A stretch of 54,968 nucleotides of DNA from Parcubacteria group bacterium Gr01-1014_17 (lineage in GTDB: Bacteria; Patescibacteriota; Minisyncoccia; Phycocordibacterales; UBA10002), in contig VMFZ01000007.1 of assembly GCA_007376285.1 (NCBI GenBank), positions 1 through 54,968 of the forward strand, in the 5' to 3' direction. The position numbers and the translations under genes were made by a program. Positions 9,459 through 18,662 of the stretch are shown piece by piece; position 1 is the stretch's first letter; each line of letters opens with the position of its first letter. Below the pieces are notes generated by a model. That model saw only the letters and a program-made list of their open reading frames with translations. It was not told the origin of the DNA and did not search any database.

Positions 9459-11516
9459 ATGGCTAAAAATAAGGCAGAAAACAAGGCGGAAAAGGTAAAA
9501 AAACAAGGAGGTGGCGGGCATCTCTACGATGCGTCTTCCATTACGGTTTTGGAAGGGCTTGAACCGGTGCGCAAGCGCCCCGGAATGTATATCGGCACGA
9601 CAGGTCTTGATGGCCTGCACCATCTTATTACCGAGGTTTTTGACAACTCGCGCGATGAGGCAATGGGGGGATTTGCGAACGATATTGAAGTTGCACTTTT
9701 GCCAGGCAATCGCGTGCGTGTTGTGGATAACGGCCGCGGCATTCCAGTTGACATGCACAAGCAAACGAAAGTGTCCGCGCTGGAGACCATTATGACTACG
9801 CTCCACTCTGGAGCAAAGTTCGGAGGGGAGGGGTATAAAATTTCCGGCGGTCTTCACGGCGTTGGTGCGTCTGTCGTCAATGCGCTTTCAGTGTGGATGG
9901 AAGTAGTTGTGCACAAAGACGGCGGCGTGTATCGGCAGGAGTATGCGCGCGGCGATGCAAAAGCAAAAGTTAAAAAGATTGACGGAAGTAAAAAACACGG
10001 CACTATCGTTACATTTGAACCGGACCCGAAGATTTTTCCAGAGATTGCGTTTAACGGCGACAAAGTTGCTGCGCATATGCGTGAGCAGGCGTATCTCGTG
10101 AAGGGACTCCGCATCAGTGTCATTGACGCGCGCGCATTCGCCCAGCCGATAGACATCGCTGATGTATTTTATATTCGCGAGTTGGAACTTGATGTCCCAT
10201 CCCAGTCGTTTTATTTCGAAGGCGGGTTAATATCGCTCGTGCAGTTTTATAATGAAAACCAGAAGCCGGTGCATAAACACATCTTTTCGGTAGAAAAAGC
10301 AGGCGATGGCGTGGAGGAAGTGGCAGTTGCGCTTCAGTACACCGATGATATTTCAGCGCGCATTGTCGCGTTTGCAAACAATATATCAAATCCAGAGGGT
10401 GGTACACATATTACCGGCTTCAAAACCGCACTCACGCGTACCTTAAACACCTATGCGCGGAAGGCGGGAACCGTGAAAGAGAACGACGACAACTTTACCG
10501 GCGATGATGTGCTTGAAGGTCTTACGGCAGTCGTGTCGGTTAAGCTCCGCGAAATCCAGTTTGAGGGCCAGACAAAAACAAAGCTCGGGAGCGTGGAAGC
10601 GCAGGGCGCGGTCGCAACGGTGTTTGGCGAATCTTTCGCGGCTTTTTTAGAGGAACATCCGGAAGACGCACGCGCGATTGTCAATAAAGTGATACTCGCG
10701 CTTCGCGCGCGCAAGGCGGCAAAAGCCGCAAAGGATTCCGTACTCCGCAAGGGTGCCCTAGAGGGTATGACACTGCCTGGAAAACTTGCGGATTGCGAAA
10801 CAAAGAGCGCAGAAGAAGCGGAGCTTTTCATAGTAGAGGGCGACAGTGCAGGTGGAAGTGGAAAGCAGGGTAGGGACCGCCGCACGCAAGCCATACTTCC
10901 GCTTAAAGGCAAGATTTTAAATGTGGAGCGTGCGCGGCTGGACAAGATTCTTGGATTTGCGGAAATAAAAGCGCTCGTGATTGCGCTCGGTACCGGCATT
11001 TCCGATTCATTTGATGTTGCAAAACTACGCTATCACAAAATCATTATCGCCACAGATGCAGATGTTGATGGCGCGCATATCAGAACGCTTCTCTTGACGC
11101 TCTTTTTCCGCTATTTCCGCGCGCTTATTGACGGCGGGTACATTTATATCGCTCAGCCACCATTGTATAAAATAAAAAAGGGGAAAGAGTTTTTCTACGC
11201 GTTTTCAGACGAGGAAAAGACAAAAGTCCTCGGTAAAGATGCGGAAAAGATTGAGGAAATTGAGACAGGGGAAGAAGAAACGGCAGAAAAGAAAGCCCAG
11301 AAAATATCTGTTCAGCGCTACAAAGGGTTGGGTGAGATGAACCCCGAGGAACTCTGGGAAACGACGATGGACCCGGCGCGCCGCACGCTGAAAAAGGTTT
11401 CGGTAGAGGATGCGCAAGAAGCGGACAAGACCTTTGATACGCTAATGGGCGAAGATGTCCCCGCTCGCAAGGCATTCATACAGGCGAACGCCAAAAAGGC
11501 GACTTTGGATATATAA
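9459..11516 (+). CDS. gyrB: DNA gyrase subunit B
   Basis: RKRPGMYIG, GGLHGVG, VEGDSAGG, PLKGKILNV, TDADVDG, YKGLGEMN. Confidence 0.96.
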   Translation: MAKNKAENKAEKVKKQGGGGHLYDASSITVLEGLEPVRKRPGMYIGTTGLDGLHHLITEVFDNSRDEAMGGFANDIEVALLPGNRVRVVDNGRGIPVDMHKQTKVSALETIMTTLHSGAKFGGEGYKISGGLHGVGASVVNALSVWMEVVVHKDGGVYRQEYARGDAKAKVKKIDGSKKHGTIVTFEPDPKIFPEIAFNGDKVAAHMREQAYLVKGLRISVIDARAFAQPIDIADVFYIRELELDVPSQSFYFEGGLISLVQFYNENQKPVHKHIFSVEKAGDGVEEVAVALQYTDDISARIVAFANNISNPEGGTHITGFKTALTRTLNTYARKAGTVKENDDNFTGDDVLEGLTAVVSVKLREIQFEGQTKTKLGSVEAQGAVATVFGESFAAFLEEHPEDARAIVNKVILALRARKAAKAAKDSVLRKGALEGMTLPGKLADCETKSAEEAELFIVEGDSAGGSGKQGRDRRTQAILPLKGKILNVERARLDKILGFAEIKALVIALGTGISDSFDVAKLRYHKIIIATDADVDGAHIRTLLLTLFFRYFRALIDGGYIYIAQPPLYKIKKGKEFFYAFSDEEKTKVLGKDAEKIEEIETGEEETAEKKAQKISVQRYKGLGEMNPEELWETTMDPARRTLKKVSVEDAQEADKTFDTLMGEDVPARKAFIQANAKKATLDI

Positions 11517-11525
11517 CCATTTTTT

Positions 11526-11638
11526 CCTCCTGCCCTTGTTTAAGGGGAGGTGCCGAGTCCGCGAGGCGGAGGGGTTTCTTTGCAGGGCGCAAACCACCCC
11601 CTCTCCTAACCTCTCCCCCTTAAACAAGGGCGAGAGGA
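11526..11638. repeat. Large GC-rich multi-hairpin repeat, family D
   Basis: Same architecture as 6473-6604. Confidence 0.85.
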
Positions 11639-11643
11639 AAGTG

Positions 11644-11687
11644 ACTCTTCCAGTTAACTGCTATAGCAAGTAATTGGAATAGTGAAC
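11644..11687. repeat. Palindromic repeat family C
   Basis: Reverse complement nearly identical to 31671-31714. Confidence 0.85.
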
Positions 11688-11718
11688 TGGATGAGTAATG
11701 AAAAATAGACAAAGAAAA

Positions 11719-11746
11719 CCCCGCGACCATATTTCAGATCGCGGGG
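11719..11746 (-). terminator. Terminator-like hairpin
   Basis: ccccgcga/tcgcgggg stem; shares cgaccatatttca with 6613-6641. Confidence 0.5.
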
Positions 11747-11838
11747 AAAGGAAAATAGTGTTGTTCTACAAGGAAAGAATACTACTCGGAAACACTCTTG
11801 GACGACCTGTCAAGGTTTGCACGTAAAAATTCTCACAC

Positions 11839-11867
11839 TTGACATCTAGACCACTATCTGCTATACT
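11839..11867 (+). promoter_or_regulatory. Near-consensus sigma70 promoter
   Basis: TTGACA-17 nt-TATACT with TG at the extended -10 position. Confidence 0.75.
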
Positions 11868-12010
11868 GTGCCTAGAAAACGCTGACGGGCAAAAAGGCAT
11901 TCGCCAATGTTTGTTCCGCTAGTTGCTCCTTTTAAGAGCTACAGGTTTGTTGCTGTCCTTGTTCCAATCAGCAACCTGAAATAGGACAGAGTCCTATTTT
12001 GGAGGCGTGT

Positions 12011-12094
12011 ATGATTACACTTCCAAATGGGCAGAAGATATCTTGGCCCGAGTGGGTCAAGATTATCACAGCCCATCTTCCGGTTACCGAGTAA
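12011..12094 (+). CDS. 27-aa small ORF MITLPNGQKISWPEWVKIITAHLPVTE
   Basis: GGAGG 5 nt before the ATG; lies between a promoter and a terminator. Confidence 0.5.
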   Translation: MITLPNGQKISWPEWVKIITAHLPVTE

Positions 12095-12137
12095 CCAGAA
12101 TGGCTTCGCGGGAAATGTGCCATTAGAGACATCCCGT

Positions 12138-12171
12138 ACCCTCACACTTGTCTGACAAGTGTGAGGGTTTT
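12138..12171. terminator. Hairpin between the small ORF and the dnaE stop, possibly bidirectional
   Basis: 15-bp perfect inverted repeat accctcacacttgtc/gacaagtgtgagggt followed by Ts on the plus strand. Confidence 0.7.
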
Positions 12172-12174
12172 CAT

Positions 12175-15100
12175 TTACGCCAGCGCCTTCGCTTTTTCCG
12201 CCACCATACTGACAGTATTGTTGCGATTTGAGATGCGGCCTTTGAGCGCGACAAGCGCGTCGGGGGAGAAAAGTGCCTTGTGTTCGTTCCACACGCGCGG
12301 AAACACAACGACTTCAATTGTGCCGGAAAAGTCCGCAAGTTTCAGAAACGCCATAATCTCATTTTTCTTCGTAATAATCGTTTTCACTTCCTGCAAAATA
12401 CCCCCAACCACAACTACCATTCCTTCTTTATATTCTTCTTTTGCTCGCTGTATGTTGACCTCGCGTTTTTCCAAAACAGCGCGAAACTTGTCTAACGGAT
12501 GTCCGGAAATATAAAGCCCGAGCAGTTCTTTTTCCCACCCAAGCTTTTCTTCTTGAGTAGCGGGTGCCGCTTCGGCAATCCGCAGCCCCGCACTTGCCGG
12601 CAGGGCGCTAAAGAGGGAAACTCCGGAGTGCTCCGCGCTTTCTTTTCCGTACTGAAGCAGAAGTTCAATGTTCGCAAGCATTTGCCCGCGTTCGCCGAAT
12701 TCATCCATCGCCCCGCTTTTTATGAGCGCTTCCAACGCTTTCTTATTCAGATTGCGGTCTTTGACGCGCTCTAGAAAATGGGATAGATTTTTGAACGAAC
12801 CTTTCGCCGTGCGTTCCGCAATAATTGACTGCGCCACCCCCTCGCCGAAGTTTTTGATGGTCGTTAAACCAAAACGTATTTTATCCACTCCGACATCTTT
12901 CACCATCGTAAACCCGCTGAAACTCTCGTTAATAGATGGAGGTAAGACCAGAATATTCATCCGTTTGCAGTCCGCGACTGTCTCGCCGATTTTTTCCACA
13001 TCTCCGGAATCAGCAGTCAGCACCGCGGCCATATAAATAGCAGGAAAGTTCGCTTTCATATATGCGGTCTGGTACGCCACTTTTCCGTAGCTTGCCGCGT
13101 GCGCCTTGTTGAATCCGTACGCGGCAAAGGGCTCAATCAATCTCCACAATTGCTCTGCTTTTTCTTTTGTGGTTCCATTTTTAATAAATCCTTCAATCAA
13201 CTTCACCCGCTGCGCTTCCATTTCCGCCGGAATCTTCTTGCCCATTGCCTTGCGGAGCTTGTCCGCCTCAAGCCACGAGTAACCGCCGAGTGTAATGGCG
13301 GTCAAAAGCACATCATCTTGATAGGTAATCACACCGTACGAATCCGCCAGAATATCTTTGAGCCGAGGGTCGAGGTAGGTGATTAAGCGCGGATTGTGTT
13401 TGCGTTCAATGTACTGTGGAATCGTTTCCATAGGTCCAGGTCGGTAGAGCGCGACCATTGCGTTGATGTCAAGAATTGAAGTCGGCTTGAGTTCTTTCAA
13501 ATAGCGCGTCATTCCCGCACCGTTGAGTTGGAAGAGCCCTCCGGTCTCGCCGCGCGCGAGCATCTCAAATGTTTTCCTGTCATCAATCGGAATATTTTCT
13601 ATATCAATAGTAACGCCTTCCAGTTCCTTCGCTCGTGCAACCGCGTCCGCTAGAATAGAAAGATTTTTAATTCCGAGAAAGTCAAACTTGAGAAGTCCAG
13701 CTTCTTCTACCGCATACATATCGTACTGCGTTATGAGCTTGCCGCCTTTGGGATCTAGTTGGAGCGGTGCATAATCGGTCAATGGCGTTGGCGCAATCAC
13801 CACTCCCGCGGCATGCACGGAAATGTGCCGCGCACACCCCTCAATCTTTTTCGCCATATCTATAATTTGTTTCGTATCATCGTCGTCTTTGTAAAGTTTT
13901 GCGAGTTCTGGTACGAGTTCCAAAGCGCGTTCAATAGACATAGGGAATCCTTGCGAACCGAATGGAATGAGTTTTGCGATACGATCGCCGAGCGCATAGT
14001 CAAAGCCCATCGCGCGCGCCACATCGCGCACCGAACCGCGCGCCATCATAGTACCAAAGGTTCCAATTTGCGCGACTTTATCCGCGCCGTATTTTTGTTT
14101 CGCATATTCAATCATCTCGTCGCGCCGATTGTCGGCAAAATCCATATCGATATCGGGCGCGGATGGCCGCTCTGGGTTTAGAAACCGCTCAAACGGGAGC
14201 TTGTACTCAAGCGGGTTTACATTGGTGATGCCCGCAAGAAATGTGGAAAGCGAACCGGCGACCGAGCCGCGAATGGTTGTCAAAATCCCGCGCTCATGCG
14301 CAAAGCGTAGCAAATCCGCTACTACGAGAAAGTACGGCGCGTATCCTTTTCTTGCGATGATTTCAAGCTCGTACGCGACGCGTTTTTCCGTCTCCTGTGT
14401 TTTTTGGATATTTCGGCGCGCGTACCCAGCTTCCACTGTCTTGCGAAACGCTTCGTCTGGCGCAACACCACCAGTGTCAATGATGGGGAATACCCATGTG
14501 CCGAGCGTTAGTTCCAGATTGCATCGTTCCGCAATGCGAGCGGTTTCCGCGAGCGCCACTGGAATATGCGCAAAGCGGCGCACTGCTTCTTCTGCGGAAA
14601 CAAAAGAATAATCTTGATTACCTTCCACCTCGCGCTCTCCGAGAGCGCCTCCTGCGGAAACGAGTAGCATCGTATCGCGCGCGGGCTTGTCTTCTTGTTC
14701 AAGATAAAATACGGGCTCTACGGCAACGAGTGGAATCGCGAGCGTTGCTGACAGTTCCTGAATCATTGGCAGAAGCACTGCCGCGTCTGCAGTTGTTTTT
14801 TCGCTTCCAATACCGAGCCGCAGGCGCTCGGTTCCGAATATGCCAAGAAGGCGCACAAGAAACGCTTTTGCGCGCTCTTTGTCTTTTATGCGAAGCGCCG
14901 TTGCGACCTCGGATGCGCCGAAAGGTACGATTGCTATAAGCCCTCCGTTGTATTTTTCTAACAATTCAAAGTCAGCGCGCGGCTTGTAGTAAAACCCTTC
15001 CAAATGTGCGGCGGTGGAAAGTTTAATAAGGTTTTTGTAGCCGAGTTCGTTCTCGGCAAGGAGAATGAGGCGTGTCCGGCGGTTGTCTATTCCTCCGACT

Positions 15101-15336
15101 TTGTCGTGCCGCGTCCGCGCGGCGAGGTAACAATCAATACCAAGAATCGGCTTGATGCCTTCTTTTTTACATTCTTTATAAAACTCAATCGCGCCGTAGA
15201 GGTTGCCGTTGTCGGTTAGCGCGAGCGCCTCCATTCCCACCTTTTTCGCTTTCGCCACGAGGTCTGGTATTTTTGGAAGCGCAGCAAGCAAACTATAGTG
15301 ACTATGCGTGTTGAGTGGTATAAAAAAAGAGGACAT
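12175..15336 (-). CDS. dnaE: DNA polymerase III alpha subunit
   Basis: HSHYSLL, ALTDNG, RGSVAGS, PDIDMDF, KFDFLG, YAFN-like YGFNKAH and an OB fold. Start taken at MSSFFIP. Confidence 0.97.
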   Translation of the reverse strand: MSSFFIPLNTHSHYSLLAALPKIPDLVAKAKKVGMEALALTDNGNLYGAIEFYKECKKEGIKPILGIDCYLAARTRHDKVGGIDNRRTRLILLAENELGYKNLIKLSTAAHLEGFYYKPRADFELLEKYNGGLIAIVPFGASEVATALRIKDKERAKAFLVRLLGIFGTERLRLGIGSEKTTADAAVLLPMIQELSATLAIPLVAVEPVFYLEQEDKPARDTMLLVSAGGALGEREVEGNQDYSFVSAEEAVRRFAHIPVALAETARIAERCNLELTLGTWVFPIIDTGGVAPDEAFRKTVEAGYARRNIQKTQETEKRVAYELEIIARKGYAPYFLVVADLLRFAHERGILTTIRGSVAGSLSTFLAGITNVNPLEYKLPFERFLNPERPSAPDIDMDFADNRRDEMIEYAKQKYGADKVAQIGTFGTMMARGSVRDVARAMGFDYALGDRIAKLIPFGSQGFPMSIERALELVPELAKLYKDDDDTKQIIDMAKKIEGCARHISVHAAGVVIAPTPLTDYAPLQLDPKGGKLITQYDMYAVEEAGLLKFDFLGIKNLSILADAVARAKELEGVTIDIENIPIDDRKTFEMLARGETGGLFQLNGAGMTRYLKELKPTSILDINAMVALYRPGPMETIPQYIERKHNPRLITYLDPRLKDILADSYGVITYQDDVLLTAITLGGYSWLEADKLRKAMGKKIPAEMEAQRVKLIEGFIKNGTTKEKAEQLWRLIEPFAAYGFNKAHAASYGKVAYQTAYMKANFPAIYMAAVLTADSGDVEKIGETVADCKRMNILVLPPSINESFSGFTMVKDVGVDKIRFGLTTIKNFGEGVAQSIIAERTAKGSFKNLSHFLERVKDRNLNKKALEALIKSGAMDEFGERGQMLANIELLLQYGKESAEHSGVSLFSALPASAGLRIAEAAPATQEEKLGWEKELLGLYISGHPLDKFRAVLEKREVNIQRAKEEYKEGMVVVVGGILQEVKTIITKKNEIMAFLKLADFSGTIEVVVFPRVWNEHKALFSPDALVALKGRISNRNNTVSMVAEKAKALA

Positions 15337-15374
15337 GCGAGTAGTATAACTTATTTTTCGTTTTCTCATGGAGA

Positions 15375-15404
15375 TTGACTTTTCTATACCCCCTGTGTTA
15401 TACT
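15375..15404 (+). promoter_or_regulatory. Promoter divergent from dnaE
   Basis: TTGACT-18 nt-TATACT with an extended TG. Confidence 0.5.
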
Positions 15405-15460
15405 CTTTTGCAGACATTCTGCTTACGGAGGCAGTGGTCCTTGAAGTTAAAACCTTACAA

Positions 15461-15494
15461 GTCGCCTCATCGGCGACCCGCCGAAGAGGCGGGA
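15461..15494. repeat. Palindromic repeat family A
   Basis: gtcgcctcatcggcgacccgccgaagaggcggga, followed by AAGGA and the ATG at 15505. Confidence 0.85.
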
Positions 15495-15504
15495 AAGGAA
15501 AAAT

Positions 15505-16098
15505 ATGAGTAATTGGCAAGACCCTGACCTGAAAAACGGCAGGGGAGCGCCGACCCATTCCGGGTTCGGCTTAATCTGCAAAGTGGATGAAAATGGGCTG
15601 GTGTCTGTATTGTGCATGGACTCTCTTGAACAAGATCCAAGAACAAAACAGGACACTATGAAGCTTCAGTTTCCTGGCGGTACTGGTATTGCGGGGGAAA
15701 CGCCGCTTACGACAACCACACGAGAGACAAGCGCCGAGGTTACTGTAGACCAACGGGCGCTTCCGTTGCGGCGCACCGAGTTGATTCATAAAGTCATAAA
15801 GCCTGGAGATGTGAGCAAGGGCGGGGGAATTCACACTCAGTATTTCTTTTTACTGGAGTTGGAAATCCTTGTGAGCTATCGGACTTTCCAGAAAACAGAA
15901 ACGGATGGGACATTGTTGTTCCAGCCGAAGTTTTTGGAAATCGGCGAGTTTACGGAAAGTCGCCTGGCTAAGAAAACTCACAAAGAAGCGGCGGCAAATC
16001 TACTCCACCACCTTGCGGAAACGCACCATCTAAGTCCCCAAATTAAAGGGTCATACGGGGAAGTGCTTGAGCGCTTTCCGAAAATAATGTTTTTTTGA
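15505..16098 (+). CDS. Nudix-fold protein with a degenerate Nudix box
   Basis: LQFPGGTGIAGETPLTTTTRETSAEV resembles GX5EX7REUXEE. Confidence 0.6.
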   Translation: MSNWQDPDLKNGRGAPTHSGFGLICKVDENGLVSVLCMDSLEQDPRTKQDTMKLQFPGGTGIAGETPLTTTTRETSAEVTVDQRALPLRRTELIHKVIKPGDVSKGGGIHTQYFFLLELEILVSYRTFQKTETDGTLLFQPKFLEIGEFTESRLAKKTHKEAAANLLHHLAETHHLSPQIKGSYGEVLERFPKIMFF

Positions 16099-16115
16099 AC
16101 CGTAATATGGCACAC

Positions 16116-16149
16116 AGCGCGCAAACCCTTCGGGTTTGCGCGCTTTTTT
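16116..16149 (+). terminator. Intrinsic terminator
   Basis: 13-bp stem agcgcgcaaaccc/gggtttgcgcgct followed by a T-tract. Confidence 0.8.
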
Positions 16150-16200
16150 GTTTTCTGATATACTTCTACTTGTCATATTTAAATATTTAAATATTCTTCA

Positions 16201-16395
16201 ATGGTAGTCCGAATGCGTTCAACAAAAGGCCACCGAGACCACCGGCGCGCGCATCACAAACTTTCTGCGCTCACGCTTTCGCCGTGTCCAGAATGCAAAG
16301 CACTGACGCCGCCTCATACTGCATGCGCGAATTGCGGGAAATATCGGGGGAGAAATATGGTGAAGATTGTTGTAAAGAAAGCAAAAAATAAATAA
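16201..16395 (+). CDS. rpmF: 50S ribosomal protein L32 (zinc type)
   Basis: TKGHRDHRRAH, CPEC..PHTACANCGKYRGR. Confidence 0.93.
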   Translation: MVVRMRSTKGHRDHRRAHHKLSALTLSPCPECKALTPPHTACANCGKYRGRNMVKIVVKKAKNK

Positions 16396-16484
16396 TCGAT
16401 GCGAATCTGGCGAATGTGATGCGAATTTCGCGAATAAAGATTTGTAGATTCGCATTTAATTCGTAGATTAGCATCGAGTTCACT

Positions 16485-17399
16485 ATGGCAAACAGGCACC
16501 TTGGCAGATCAATAGCGCTTCAATCACTCTTTGAGTGGGATTTCCGCGCGCTTCCGGACAAAGCGCTTGCGGACATAGAATCGCGCAACACCGCAGAGTT
16601 TGCGCCGGGAATAGAAGAAAGCAACTCGTTCGTGCATACGCTCACCAGCGGCGTGCTCAAAAAACGCAAAGACATTGATAAAATTATCAGCAAAGCAGCG
16701 CCAGAGTGGCCGATTGAACGCATTTCATATTTAGACCGCAATGTACTCCGTCTAGGACTCTACGAGCTTCTATTTTCGGACCGCAAAGAAGTGCCAGCAA
16801 AAGTCGCGATTAACGAAGCGATAGAATTGGCGAAAACCTACGGCGGCGATGCGAGTGGTAGATTTGTAAACGGTGTGCTCGGCTCCGTGTATCGCGAGCT
16901 TGGCGAGCCGGGCAAAAACGAAGCGCCTAAGCGCGCGAAGCGCGCGGAAGTTCCGTATGAAAAAATGCTCATACAGAAGCTTGGCGGCGCGGTCGTATAT
17001 GCGAGAGACGGCGCCGACATCTATATAGCACTCGTGCACGACATTTTTGGGCACTGGACTTTGTCTAAGGGCAAAATCGGCGATACTCCAGAAATAGCCA
17101 ATGAGGGCGTTGAGACCGGAACTATTCGCGAAATTAAAGAAGAGCTTGGTTTGGATATCGCAATAAAAGAAGCAATCGGGTTCAACGAATATATCGCCTC
17201 CGACCCTGAAAAAGGAAAGATAAGGAAGCAAGTGCATTACTTCCTCGGTGAATCGGCGTTTGCGCCTCTCAAACTTGGAACATCGGGTGGTCTGGACGAT
17301 GCGCGTTGGTTTAAGTTGAAAGATATCGTGACCCTCAATTTTTACCAGGACACGCTCCCGATTGTAACGAAAGCGGTGAATATTTTACTAAAAAAGTAG
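16485..17399 (+). CDS. nusB: NusB fused to a C-terminal Nudix hydrolase domain
   Basis: DRNVLRLGLYEL, VAINEAIELAKTYG, FVNGVL; then WTLSKGK..REIKEELGL. Confidence 0.92.
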   Translation: MANRHLGRSIALQSLFEWDFRALPDKALADIESRNTAEFAPGIEESNSFVHTLTSGVLKKRKDIDKIISKAAPEWPIERISYLDRNVLRLGLYELLFSDRKEVPAKVAINEAIELAKTYGGDASGRFVNGVLGSVYRELGEPGKNEAPKRAKRAEVPYEKMLIQKLGGAVVYARDGADIYIALVHDIFGHWTLSKGKIGDTPEIANEGVETGTIREIKEELGLDIAIKEAIGFNEYIASDPEKGKIRKQVHYFLGESAFAPLKLGTSGGLDDARWFKLKDIVTLNFYQDTLPIVTKAVNILLKK

Positions 17400-17401
17400 C
17401 T

Positions 17402-18091
17402 ATGGATTTTGCAAATTTTGAAAAAAAGATTGGTATTGCGTTTAGCGATAAGGACCTGCTCCGTATCGCCTTTACGCACCGCTCGTATTTAAACGAGCAT
17501 CGCGGAACAAAAACCGAACACAACGAACGGCTGGAATTTTTGGGCGATGCGGTGCTTGAACTTTTGGTTACCGAATTCTTGTTTAAAAAATACCCGCACA
17601 AAGCCGAGGGCGATTTAACGATGTACCGCGCCGGACTTGTGAATGCCGTCACCCTTGCGGGCGTTGCCGAGAATCTCGGTATGAACGACTATATGCTCCT
17701 CTCGCGCGGCGAGGCGAAAGATACGGGCCGCGCGCGTGAGGTGATTCTCGCAAACGCGATTGAGGCGCTCATCGGCGCGCTTTACTTGGACGGCGGATAC
17801 GCGAAGGCGGGCGAGTTTGTATCGCGCTTTGTTTTGCCACTCACCGAAAACATTGTCGCGGAAGGGAAGTGGTTGGATGCAAAAAGCCATTTTCAAGAAA
17901 AAGCGCAAGACATTGCGGGTGTGACGCCCTCGTACGAAACCGTGCGCGAAACGGGGCCCGACCACGACAAGCATTTTACCATCGCAGTTTTCCTCGGCCG
18001 CGAAAAAGTGGCGGAAGGGAACGGGAAGTCAAAACAAGAGGCGGAACAAGCCGCCGCCGCGCAGGCACTCAAGGCCAAACAGTGGGGTTGA
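17402..18091 (+). CDS. rnc: Ribonuclease III
   Basis: THRSY, NERLEFLGDAVL, EALIGALYLD and a dsRBD with GPDHDKHF and KQEAEQ. Confidence 0.97.
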   Translation: MDFANFEKKIGIAFSDKDLLRIAFTHRSYLNEHRGTKTEHNERLEFLGDAVLELLVTEFLFKKYPHKAEGDLTMYRAGLVNAVTLAGVAENLGMNDYMLLSRGEAKDTGRAREVILANAIEALIGALYLDGGYAKAGEFVSRFVLPLTENIVAEGKWLDAKSHFQEKAQDIAGVTPSYETVRETGPDHDKHFTIAVFLGREKVAEGNGKSKQEAEQAAAAQALKAKQWG

Positions 18092-18116
18092 CACCACAGG
18101 CGATAGGTGCTATAAT
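18088..18116 (+). promoter_or_regulatory. Perfect sigma70 consensus promoter overlapping the rnc stop
   Basis: TTGACA-17 nt-TATAAT with an extended TG. Confidence 0.8.
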
Positions 18117-18183
18117 AGCCGTTACCAAGGCAATGGGAAAGCGCCTGCGCCTCGGTCGTTAGCTTTAATTCTCTTTGACATTT

Positions 18184-18627
18184 ATGATTGAAACTCTTGG
18201 AGGACTTTTGTTTTTTCTGTCTGTGTTTTACGGCAATACAGAGATTTCGTCAGCCGCGCCGACACCAATCGTGCCGGTTGCGGACAATCCGATTACGCTT
18301 GAACAATATGTCCGCGATTATTTCGCCGATAATGCAGTTCTTGCTGAAGTCGCGAAGTGCGAGTCCCGTTTTCGTCACTTTGACGCATACGGAGTACTCC
18401 GCGGCGATTACGACCGAAATGATGTTGGCGTGATGCAGATTAACGAGCGTTATCATTCGCCGCGCGCGGAAAGAAATGGGTTTGACATTAAAACCCTTGA
18501 AGGAAATCTCGGCTACGCAAAATGGCTTTACGACAAAGAAGGCCTTCAGCCATGGGCTTCGTCCGGCAAGTGCTGGAAAGGAGCTCAAACGCTCGCAGTG
18601 GTGAAAGACGCGAATCAGAAAAATTAA
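18184..18627 (+). CDS. Secreted lysozyme-fold/SLT-like transglycosylase
   Basis: Signal-like N-terminus, AKCES (catalytic Glu), GVMQIN, NLGYAKWLY, PW. Confidence 0.75.
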   Translation: MIETLGGLLFFLSVFYGNTEISSAAPTPIVPVADNPITLEQYVRDYFADNAVLAEVAKCESRFRHFDAYGVLRGDYDRNDVGVMQINERYHSPRAERNGFDIKTLEGNLGYAKWLYDKEGLQPWASSGKCWKGAQTLAVVKDANQKN

Positions 18628-18662
18628 AAGTTACTGAAAACTCCCAGAATAGCTGGGAGTTT

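Noticed and set aside
11760-11895. 44-aa minus-strand ORF (MPFCPSAF..) upstream of the 11719 hairpin
   Set aside because: It overlaps the strong plus-strand promoter, its SD is poorly spaced, and nothing else supports it.
9459-15336. Inteins or introns in gyrB or dnaE
   Set aside because: Lengths are normal and no splice motifs were seen; the short gyrB insert is not palindromic.
15337-15558. Long N-terminal extensions in the ORF track (dnaE, ftsW, trpS, gltX, dac, rpsM, M23, protease)
   Set aside because: They run through promoters, repeats or neighbouring genes; downstream ATGs match family N-termini.
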